Positions 27,987 to 38,010 of a stretch of 64,000 nucleotides of DNA are shown in pieces; position 1 is the first letter of the stretch; each line of letters starts with the position of its first letter. A program made the position numbers and the translations under genes. Below the pieces are notes generated by a model. It saw only the letters and a program-made list of their open reading frames with translations, searched no databases and was not told the DNA's origin. Source of the stretch: Eledone cirrhosa (Eukaryota); contig OZ024740.1 of the NCBI GenBank assembly GCA_964016885.1, positions 278,628,001 through 278,692,000 on the forward strand. The letters run 5' to 3'.

Positions 27987-28136
27987 ATAAATAAATAAAA
28001 ATAAACTATAGCTTTGTAGAATTAGCTTTTAATGAATTCCCTTTTCTATCAACCAATGACCTGCACCCATCCCACTCCCTACCCTCTCCTACCACTTGTA
28101 GAGACCTATAAATACCATATTTATTTTTTGATACCC

Positions 28137-28187
28137 AGATTCCTGATGATTTCTAATGAATGAAACAGTTCTAGTCCTGTAGAATCT
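28137..28187 (+). ncRNA. type I hammerhead ribozyme, family A
   Basis: agattcCTGATGAtttctaatgaatGAAACAGttctagtcCTGTAgaatct. Confidence 0.75.
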
Positions 28188-28189
28188 CA

Positions 28190-28263
<74 letters not shown>

Positions 28264-28268
<5 letters not shown>

Positions 28269-28881
28269 ACTAGACAGGGATGCAGACAAAACACCTAGAT
28301 GTGACAACAAGTGCAGACTCTGCAGAATTAACATCGAAGATGTCACCCATGTCATAAGCACCTGTCCAAAGATGTCATCGCGGTACTATCTGCCTATGAG
28401 GCATGATGTAGTGGCCAAAACACTGTTCATTGCAATCCGTAGAAATGATAACCCCGACAATAAACACATTAAAAGCTACAGCAATGTGGAAGACATACAT
28501 ATACATAATATGAAAGAGTACTGGTGGAATTTTCCAGTAAAACCCCCAGATATAATGATATGAGACAGGAAAAAGAAGGCATACACGGTAATGGAAGTTA
28601 GCTGCCCGGCAGCTGCCAATATAATATCAAATATTAGCGAAAAGGAGAATATCTATGCAGAACTAATGAGAAATCTGCAGATACTCCACCCTGACTATAC
28701 CATCAGATATATGCCTGTGATTATTGGGACACTGGGATATGTTAGTAACTGCCTCAATACAAATCTTGAGAAGCTGGGCTTCACAGAAACAGAAAGAACA
28801 CGACTAGTTAGGAAATTACAAGTAGAATCCATTAATGGAACAGTAAAAATATGTAAAACATTCCAAAAATTCTGCATTTAA
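28264..28881 (+). pseudogene. 3' end of an R4/Dong/Rex6-like non-LTR retrotransposon (CCHC knuckle + restriction-like endonuclease)
   Basis: KCRLC..EDVTHVISTC, RHDVVAK, PDIMI*D..MEVSCP..KE..Y, PVIIGTLG; in-frame TGA at 28561; starts right after (TA)n. Confidence 0.8.
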
Positions 28882-29229
28882 TAACTACATGTATACTTGT
28901 ACAGATACAAAGCATGGGCACATGCACACATGCAACTCAAAACATACATATCCACACATACAATAACATCCATACCTGCACACACATGCATGCAGGCATG
29001 CATACATATCTACCTAATTGATGTTGTGTAAATTCCAATGAGAGAGTCTTGTGTCTAAGTTAGAAACTGACTCTCTCTCTATTGGCAAAAATTTGTGAAA
29101 TTATAAAACCGGAACATATATACATATGCATATGTGTGTGCGTGTGTGTTACATATATATATAGAGAGAGAAAGAAAGAGAGAGAGGGAGAGAGAAAGAT
29201 TTAGTATGTGTCTATATAGAGATTTGAAG

Positions 29230-29230
29230 G

Positions 29231-29284
<54 letters not shown>
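29230..29284. repeat. (GATA)n microsatellite
   Basis: Seen directly. Confidence 0.95.
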
Positions 29285-31181
29285 TGAAATGGATAAAGAA
29301 AAGAGTGGGAGAAAAGATAAAGTAAAAATGACAAGAAAGAATAAGACACAGCATTTGAATAAAAGAATGTGATGATACGCTGTGCTTTACATGGAAGCAC
29401 AACTACATACAAAAGTATAAAATCCTTGTCCTCGAACGGATGTGAAAACGTGTAAGAAGTGTTAAAAAAATTTTTTTTCAATATTTTTATAATTAGTAGA
29501 TTTCTCTAACAATAGTTTGCCGAGGTCGTTACACGACAAAATAGTGTTTTTGTGATACAGTGTGGTGTTCTAGAGAATTAGATTTTGGAGATAGGTTATG
29601 TAAGGTGTCAACAAGAAGCGAACGAAACTAATAAAGATTTAATCGGTTAGCTTATCACAAACTTTGAATTTCTACACTCAACCTACTTCTTTGTCTTTAT
29701 TTATGTATTTTTGTTTGTTTTATTTTGTTGCATTTTTTGTTGTTTTTTTTTTTTGTTTTGTTTTTTTTTTGTTTTTTTCATTATAATTGACTAACCATTT
29801 GCCGTATTCGATTCAAGATCTGCTACTTAAGATAAAGTTCAGGTAATTTGTTCTGGTAAGTTGGTTGGTTGGTTGGTTGGTTGGTTTGCTGGCTTCTTGT
29901 TTCGTTTGTTTGTTCGTTCGTTTGTGCGTTCGTAGAAGTTATTATTCTATAAAGTGTTTAATTCATATTATTCTTCAGTTTTAGGTTTGTGAACCTGTGT
30001 CTTTTAATTCAATTGTTTTAACATTATTTCCTCTCCGTAGTACTTCAAAACGACCATTACAGACGCTACTTACGATATTCAGGACAGCTGGCACTTATGA
30101 ATAATATTTTAATCCACTCTACAATAGCTAGCAACACTACACTACTATTGATATATGTTAGTTTATTTGTAATTTAGTTTGAGAGGAAGAGCATGTGACC
30201 ATGAACTTCCCAAGCTTTTCTAGAATTTTCGGTAAGATTATTTTACAGAACTTTTTAACGATCAGTTGATGAGAAGAAAATAGAGGTGATTAAAGAGTTC
30301 TGAGGAAGAACTGAATAAGAGCTTAATTGAGTGGTTTAGGGGTTGGTGCACAGCAAGAAAGATACGCTAATAAAAAACCACTGGTTGGTTATGCTTTATA
30401 ATCAATAAGTTCTGAGGAACATTCCAATCCCATCAAAATCCCTATCATTACCAAGATCACCACTAACGTGGTGACATCTCCCGTGGTTAAGTGTGATGAT
30501 CTTAATATGGAATCACGGTGAGTGGTTGAAATTAATGACTAAAAGAGCTGAAACCTGCAATGCGCGTTAACGAACTACATCTCTATTTTAAAAACCTGTC
30601 ACTGAAATTATGATGATGAGTAAACAATATAAAATATGAAATTTTGATACATCCGACATGCTACATTGCTTCTAGTACGCGCTAACAAAAATCTGCTTAC
30701 CAGAGCGTGAAGGTGTGTGACTTCGTAGTTAACGATGCCTGGTAGTGAGTTGTTACCTTGGAGAAGACACTTTATTTCACATTTCTTTAATCTTTACAGC
30801 TAGAAAAAATAGTTATACCTGTAATCCAAGGACTAGGCCTCGTTACACATCATGTTACGCTAAATCTTCTTGAGATCTAAATTAAAGATTCACGTGTCTG
30901 TGGAAAGCTCAGTCACTTACGCGTCGTTAATTTCGCAAACTGGCTGTTCCGTTGTTCGTATAACTGGAACAATCTACGTCGGACCCGATGAAGGTCCAAC
31001 ATACACGAGAGTAGGCTGAAAAGTTTAAAGGCTGACTATGAAAGAGTGATGCTAGGGCTGTGAAATCTTAATTTCAACTTTTGTTACTCTGGAGTTTCAC
31101 CTGTGTACTCACGGGTTCATCAGACAAGACCCAAATATACATACACACACACACCATATATATATATATATATATATATAT

Positions 31182-31919
31182 CTAGGGCGAGTAAAATTCC
31201 CGAGATCCATAGACGAGTTCTCTCCAGCGGTCTCTGTCCCTCATTATCGCTGCCATGTCCTGCGTCTCCAAGAGACCAGTGTCTGTCCTTAGGGCATCAA
31301 CATATGTTAACTTCAGTCTTCCTCTTCCAGTGTGTTCATGCAGGGACTCCCACAGGAGCACTGAGTGCAGTGTCAACTCTGAATGTCGGTGAGCATGTCC
31401 AGCTAACCTCAGTCTCCTCTGTTCTACTTTTGAGCTGACTTTTGGGAGGCTCCCATACAGCTCTGAGTTCTTCATCCTCAGTGTATACTGATTAATGTTC
31501 AGAGCCATCCTTAGCATTCTCATGTAGCACCCATCCACCATCTGAGTGAGTTCTGGTGACAAACACAGTGAAGGAGGCAGAGGATTTGATGCAGGAGGTG
31601 GAGACTGTGTCGATGAGTGTAGGGCTGAGAATGAAATAGATTAAGACGAAGTATCTGGTAGAGAGTATTAAGAAGCCAGAGAAGATTACTAATGTAGGCG
31701 GGAAGCTGCTAGAATTGGATGAGGACTTCCTGTATTTGGGAGGAAAGATTGGGAATACGGAAGATGATGTGGTCGAGAGGAAGAGCAAAGCCTGGGTGGC
31801 GTGCCACAGTTTGAGATCAGTGTGGAAGTCGGACCTTCGTAAAGACCTGAAGATCCGTCTCTTCGTTGCTACTGCGGAGTCTGTACTGCTGTACAGGTCT
31901 GAGACTTGGACACTAACCA
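31182..31919 (-). mobile_element. 5'-truncated, 5'-inverted copy of the 34635-37943 LINE
   Basis: 31182-31552 (-) corresponds to LINE about 37572-37943; 31553-31919 (+) corresponds to about 37203-37569; (TA)n on both sides. Confidence 0.9.
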
Positions 31920-31933
31920 TATATATATATGTA

Positions 31934-32018
<85 letters not shown>

Positions 32019-32060
32019 AAATGTGTGAGATCCTTGGTATAGTTAGGTATATTTGAAGAA

Positions 32061-32174
32061 AAGGAACAGAATGACTTCACTTGTAGTGTTAAAAAGTTTT
32101 TGATTTAATTTTATACTATAATATAAAATTAAATCAAAAATATTTTAACACTACAAGTGAAGTCATTCTTTCCT
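32061..32174. repeat. about 114-bp fold-back palindrome
   Basis: aatgacttcacttgtagtgttaaaa...ttttaacactacaagtgaagtcatt. Confidence 0.85.
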
Positions 32175-32211
32175 TCTTTTTTTTTCTCTCTCTCTATATA
32201 TATATATATAT

Positions 32212-32400
32212 AACAAATTTAATATAGAAATGGTTTCTACAGGACTAGAACTGTTTCGTTCGAAGGAAGGGCTTCCAGATGATTTCCTTTGAATGAAACA
32301 GTTCTAGTCCTGTAAAAGCCATTTCTATATTAAATTTGTATACACTCTACTAATGTATTGAGTACCTTACAAACTGTGGTTACCCCCAATTGAACCCGGG
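32212..32400 (+). mobile_element. family A-related terminal-repeat fold-back (hairpin 32213-32339) with degenerate HHR (CAGATGA)
   Basis: ggcttcCAGATGAtttcctttgaatGAAACAGttctagtcCTGTAaaagcc; the tail matches the reverse complement of 23240-23300. Confidence 0.7.
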
Positions 32401-32401
32401 A

Positions 32402-32500
<99 letters not shown>

Positions 32501-33612
32501 TCTACGCTATATATTTACATGTTGTGCTACTTTCTAATACAATCCACTACTTTTTAAACATTTACAATTGCTTTTTAAGAAATAGATCTGACAAACTGTA
32601 TTATAGCAATATTTTCAACGTAAAGTAATATCAGACTTTATGAGCATCAATCAATGAGACAGAAAATAGAATGAAGTCTACCGATGGGACAGAAATCACG
32701 TGTCTGTCGTTTGATGAGTGAACGCGTTATCGATTACATTTAAGAGAACTTACATCATTATTCTTCAATTAATAATTTGAAACGTGCTTAAAAATAAACC
32801 GCTTCCCTATCTATGTCATAAAATAACATTTTCATGCACTGTAGTCTATAAAACAGAATATAAAACTTTAAACAGATACACATTCTACGTAAACATTGCA
32901 TACCTGCCATATTGTATATTGTTTCAAAGTATAAGACCATTTAAAAATAATGTATACTAATATCTGACAAATCAATATGAGGGATTAGAGAATAAATGGA
33001 ACAACAAACTGTCAATATTTCTCATTTCCCGCAGTGACCAGATGAAATAAATATAGCGTATGTAATTATTGGATTGTTAGTATAAAGGTCTAGTTGTATG
33101 GTAATATGAAGGCGGCGAATTGGCAGAGTCGTTAGAAGGTCGGATAGAATAAAGAATATGTACTTATATATACATGTGTGTGTGTAACTTGAAAACATAC
33201 GACAATATATAGAATTTTCGCCCGTGTAATTGGGCTGATTAGCCTCATTTGCATATGAAGCTGTATAAGTTGGCTCAACTTAAAAATAGAATTATAATTT
33301 AGCTTCAACATAGCTATATACATATATGGGCTTGAATCCAGTACAAAGTATACAGCTTTTCAATAGTCATAGTTCGGCTTTCAAAATGTTTATTTGTTAA
33401 ACATACTGTATATCTTTAGATATACGAAATTCTCATACATATATGTATACAGCTATGTTAAAGCTAAATTTTAACTATACATATATATATATATATATTC
33501 TCGGATCTAGCTGTCGTAACGGCCGGAGCTTAGCCATCGAGGTCCTGAATCTTTTCATATATATACATATATATATATATATATATCACTTTTCATATAT
33601 ATATCACTTTTC

Positions 33613-33675
<63 letters not shown>

Positions 33676-33676
<1 letters not shown>

Positions 33677-33868
33677 GTTATTCCGGGTTGAATCGGAGGT
33701 AACCACAGTAAGTAAGGTACTCAATACATAGCAGAGTATAAAAGTTTTAATATAGATGAGATTCTACAGGACTAGAACTGTTTCATTCTTTAGAAATCAT
33801 CAGGAATCTTCTGATTTCTAAAGAATGAAACAGTTCTAGTCCTGTAGAATCTCATCTATATTAAAACT
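33676..33868 (-). mobile_element. family A terminal-repeat fold-back with an intact HHR on the minus arm (about 33759-33809)
   Basis: Near-identical to 23239-23373 plus an inverted arm; flanked by (TA)n. Confidence 0.85.
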
Positions 33869-34188
33869 ATATATATATATATATATATATCACTTCCAAC
33901 CCGACTGCGATTGTCAATCCAGTTCATGAAGATTATGAACAGGAGAGATGAGAATTCGCACTACTGGCGAAGTCCAACACTAACATATGCAAAAAGTAAA
34001 CGGAAACAAAGTAAACAACACAGTACAATGAACAACTATATTAGTAGGAAAAGAGTCTTTACATTTTAGACATCAGTCCTTCATCGGAAGATAGAATAAG
34101 AAATAAAAGATAGAGAGTGAGAATAGGAAAGAACGGAAAGCATTTTTTAAAAGAAAAAGCACGTGTGTATTCAGTCAGCCATTTTAAG

Positions 34189-34271
<83 letters not shown>

Positions 34272-34370
34272 TTCGTATTTCGAAAGAAATACGATTTTAG
34301 GAAGCCGTAGCTATGCGAACACCGGGTGGCTAACACCCTCTGGTGTTGTCAAGCCGAAGTAAGGGGGACA

Positions 34371-34414
34371 ACCGTCTATGCATTTCAGGCTTGACTGGCC
34401 ATCGTCAGGACGAT
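34371..34414 (-). ncRNA. minimal type I hammerhead ribozyme, family C
   Basis: atcgtc-CTGACGA-t.ggc.cagtcaa.gcc.t-GAAA-TGCA-TA-gacggt; palindromic stem III; inverted partial copy at 34551-34597. Confidence 0.75.
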
Positions 34415-34603
34415 CCCTCCCACTGCTCTGCGACTGCTGGACTTGAAAACAGCCGAGATTATATATAGTTTTCTCGTCTCTGTAAATGAGGTCACTAATC
34501 TCATTTGCATATGAAGCTGCATAAGTTGGCTCAACTTATAATAAACAAGAATGGCCAGTCAAGCCTGAAATGCATAGACGGTTGTCCCCCTTGCTTCTGC
34601 TGG

Positions 34604-34634
<31 letters not shown>

Positions 34635-34639
<5 letters not shown>

Positions 34640-37600
34640 GGGTATGACATTAAACTACATCCAGTGGCAAGGCTCCAGTTCGGGAGTTCAGGAGATGTGG
34701 GGAATGTGGAGTTACCCCTTAGTTGTCATGACTCCCAGGTCTGCCCTGGCCCGGGGTGGTAGTACCTGTTAGGGCCCCATTTATGGGTTAAATAACTACC
34801 TTATTCGAGTGGCGCCGGTAAGGTACTGTCAGCCATTGAAAAGAAATATGGAGAGTCGATCTAACAGCACTAGGGTTAGAGCCCCTAATTACACTGTCAA
34901 GGAGCAGCCTGGTCGTTATGACTCTGCTGGCTTAGAGCCACAGAGAGGGCCAGTGGATGATGGATCAGCTGTCTCTGAGACAAATATAAAGAATGCAGTT
35001 TTGTCCTGCAGAAGAGCCATCAAAATGGGCACTTTGAATGTGAGGACTATTCGAACGCTGGAGAAGAGAGAGGAGTTGGGACATCTGTTCGAGGAGAGTG
35101 GTATACAGATACTTGCGATCCAAGAACACAGCATTCTACACGATGAGCCCGTGAGGAGTGTGATGATCGGGAGGAAGAGCCAGCTCATCACTACATCAGC
35201 AGTGAAGAACACAACAAATGCTGCAGTAGGAGGAGTGGGTTTTGTGTTCAGTGCAAAAACCAATCTGTTGGTGAGGGAAATAATGCCTATCTCCCCGCGA
35301 GTGTTGAGGGTGACCTTCAATGGAAACCCAAGACTGACAGTCATCTCAGCCTATAGTCCAACCGAGGGGGACAGTGATGTGAATGCCGAGGAGTTCCATG
35401 AGGAGGTGTGTAGGGCTGTCAACACCACTCAGGCACACAATATCCTGCTTGTTTTGGGGGACTTCAATGCACATCTGAGTAAGGCGGGCAGTGAAGATCC
35501 TTGCTGGTACTTCCATAACAACACCAACCGAAATGGAAGACTACTGAGAGACACCCTGCTGGAGGCGAACTTGATGGCGACCAACCTAGGGTTTAGGAAG
35601 AATCTGGGGAAGATGTGGACCTACATCTCAGATATGCACCTGTCCAAGTCCCAGATTGATTTCATTCTGGTGAGGAAAAAGTGGCGGAATAGTGTTCTGA
35701 ACACGGAACCATACAGCTATTTCAGTACACTGGGTAGTGACCACCGGCTTGTTATGAGTGAGGTCCGCGTGAGCTTAAGAAAGAGCAAGGCTCAGCCCCG
35801 GAGAACAATCTATGACTGGGGAGCTTTCAAGGAAGATGATAAGCTACAGGAGAGGTTCACAGTGGAAGTGAGAAACAGGTTTAGTGCTCTGTGTGGAGAG
35901 TCAGAGGAGAGAGAGATTGGATGGACTGAGGAGAGTGTGACGAGGAGGTACGGGCACTTCACCAATGCAGTGGCGAAAGCAAGTGAAACCCTGGTGCCGA
36001 GGAAAAAGAACAAAGGGAAGCACGTCAGCTCTGCAAACCCAAAAGTGTGTGCAGCCAGAGAACACCTGAAAGTTGCCAGGGACCAATTCTATGCTGATCC
36101 TACGGAGGAGAGGATGGAGACTGTGGAGGTGATGAGGGAAGAGCTCTGTACCGCTTACACTGAGGTCAGAGAGGAGGCACTGATAGAGAAGATCAGAAGT
36201 GTGGAGAGAGCGGTTGACAGATCTGGATGTAAGGAGAGCTGGGTGATCATCAACGAGATCACAGGGAGGAAGAAAAGGTGTTCGAGTCAGATCCAGGGAA
36301 CGGGGCCCGAGGATAGGAAGAGGAAATGGCTAGACCATTTTAGGACCCTACTAGGAGAGCCACCCTCCACAGCCCAGAGCACTGGGGAGATCAGGCGGCT
36401 GTTTGAGGAACTGGATGTTGAGACAGAGCCCTTCACCAGAGAGGAGCTTCAGAGAGCCAAGAAGAAGATCAAGGAGGGCAAGGCTCATGGAGAAGATGGA
36501 GTGGCATCAGAGGTGATGAAGAGGTGTGATTTTGATGATATCATCCTGGGGTTCTGTAACGGGGCACTGGAGAAAGGAGTTGCCCCGAATCAGTGGAGGA
36601 TCAGTAGCATAGTCCCAGTGCCAAAGAAGGGAGATCTCTCTAACACCAACAACTACCGGGGGATCTCACTGACGTCACTTGTGGCAAAGACCCTCAACAG
36701 GATGATTCTTAACAGGATCCAGCCTGAGATGGAGAAGAAGCTCAGGGAGAACCAGAACGGCTTCAGAGAGGGTAGATCAACCACCAGTCACATCCTGATG
36801 CTGAGGAGGATATTAGAGGGAGCTAGAGCAAAGTGCCTTCCTGCGGTCATGGTTTTCATTGACTTTAGGAAGGCCTTTGATTCTGTGGACCGTTACTGCC
36901 TGATGAAGATCTTACAGGCTTATGGAATCCCCAAGAGGATAGTGGACCTGATATCACTGCTCTACACCAACACCAAAGCCCAAGTCATTACACCTGATGG
37001 GATGACAGAGTTCTTTGAGATACTGGCTGGAGTGCTCCAGGGAGATACATTGGCTCCCTACCTTTTTATCATCGTAGTGGACTATTGTATGCGCCTTGCA
37101 CTGGAGAAAGACCAGGACACTGGCTTTACTGTAGCACCGGCTCAGAGCAGGAGAGTTGGTTCGAAAAAGGTATCGGATGCTGAATTTGCCGACGACATAG
37201 TTTTGGTGACAAATACAGTGAAGGAGGCAGAGGATTTGATGCGGGAGGTTGAGACTGTGTCGATGAGTGTGGGGCTGGGAATGAATGAGACTAAAACAAA
37301 ATATCTGGTAGAGAATGTTGAGAAGCCAGAGGGGATCACTAATGTAGGCGGGAAGCCGCTGGAATTGGTTGAGGACTTCCTGTATTTGGGAGCAAAGATT
37401 GGGAATACGGAAGATGATGTGGTTGAGAGGAAGAGCAAGGCCTGGGCGGCGTGTCACAGCTTGAGATCGGTGTGGAAGTCGGACCTTCGTGGAGACCTGA
37501 AAATCCGCCTCTTCATTGCTGTAGTGGAGTATGTGCTGCTGTATGGGTCTGAGACTTGGACACTGACCAAGAGACTCACTCAGATGGTGGATGGGTGCTA

Positions 37601-37950
37601 CACGAGAATGCTGAGGATGGCTCTGAACATTAATCAGTATACACTGAGGATGAAAAACTCAGAGCTGTATGGGAGCATCCCAAAAGTCAGCTCAAAAGTG
37701 ACACAGAGGAGACTGAGGTTGGCTGGACATGCTCACCGACATCCAGAGTTGACATTGCACTCAGTGCTCCTTTGGGAGCCCCTACATGGACACACTAGAA
37801 GAGGAAGACCAAGGTTAACATATGTTGATGCCCTAAGGACAGACACTGGTCTGTTGGAGATGCAGGATATGGCAGCGATAATGAGGGACAGAGACCGCTG
37901 GAGAGAACTCGTCCATGGATCTCGGGAATTTTACCCGCCTTAGATAGATA
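34635..37950 (+). mobile_element. full-length-looking single-ORF LINE (RTE/RTEX-like)
   Basis: About 210-bp 5' leader after (TA)n, an intact ORF, and a stop codon running directly into (TAGA)/(TA)n. Confidence 0.85.
34848..37943 (+). CDS. LINE ORF: AP-endonuclease + reverse transcriptase, intact
   Basis: GTLNVRT, IQEH, YSPT, GDFNAH, IDFIL, SDH (APE); PKKGD, NYRGISL, QNGFR, FIDFRKAFD, GVLQGDTLAPYLF, FADD, FLYLG (RT); first ATG at 34848. Confidence 0.93.
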   Translation: MESRSNSTRVRAPNYTVKEQPGRYDSAGLEPQRGPVDDGSAVSETNIKNAVLSCRRAIKMGTLNVRTIRTLEKREELGHLFEESGIQILAIQEHSILHDEPVRSVMIGRKSQLITTSAVKNTTNAAVGGVGFVFSAKTNLLVREIMPISPRVLRVTFNGNPRLTVISAYSPTEGDSDVNAEEFHEEVCRAVNTTQAHNILLVLGDFNAHLSKAGSEDPCWYFHNNTNRNGRLLRDTLLEANLMATNLGFRKNLGKMWTYISDMHLSKSQIDFILVRKKWRNSVLNTEPYSYFSTLGSDHRLVMSEVRVSLRKSKAQPRRTIYDWGAFKEDDKLQERFTVEVRNRFSALCGESEEREIGWTEESVTRRYGHFTNAVAKASETLVPRKKNKGKHVSSANPKVCAAREHLKVARDQFYADPTEERMETVEVMREELCTAYTEVREEALIEKIRSVERAVDRSGCKESWVIINEITGRKKRCSSQIQGTGPEDRKRKWLDHFRTLLGEPPSTAQSTGEIRRLFEELDVETEPFTREELQRAKKKIKEGKAHGEDGVASEVMKRCDFDDIILGFCNGALEKGVAPNQWRISSIVPVPKKGDLSNTNNYRGISLTSLVAKTLNRMILNRIQPEMEKKLRENQNGFREGRSTTSHILMLRRILEGARAKCLPAVMVFIDFRKAFDSVDRYCLMKILQAYGIPKRIVDLISLLYTNTKAQVITPDGMTEFFEILAGVLQGDTLAPYLFIIVVDYCMRLALEKDQDTGFTVAPAQSRRVGSKKVSDAEFADDIVLVTNTVKEAEDLMREVETVSMSVGLGMNETKTKYLVENVEKPEGITNVGGKPLELVEDFLYLGAKIGNTEDDVVERKSKAWAACHSLRSVWKSDLRGDLKIRLFIAVVEYVLLYGSETWTLTKRLTQMVDGCYTRMLRMALNINQYTLRMKNSELYGSIPKVSSKVTQRRLRLAGHAHRHPELTLHSVLLWEPLHGHTRRGRPRLTYVDALRTDTGLLEMQDMAAIMRDRDRWRELVHGSREFYPP

Positions 37951-38010
37951 TATATATATATATATGTGTATAGTTAAAAGAATAGAGGTGTAACACACAA
38001 GTTATTATAT

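Noticed and set aside
32061-32174. Hairpins as pre-miRNAs
   Set aside because: Repeat-associated, TA-flanked near-perfect palindromes; no recognisable conserved miRNA and no expression data
32213-32339. Two A>G differences in the left arm as further ADAR evidence
   Set aside because: Too few, mixed with other substitution types, and both create CpG-type ambiguity; not informative alone
34916-37457. Antisense ORFs within the LINE, and plus-strand ORFs overlapping the PLEs or antisense to the GPCR
   Set aside because: Shadow frames of real coding sequence with no recognisable motifs
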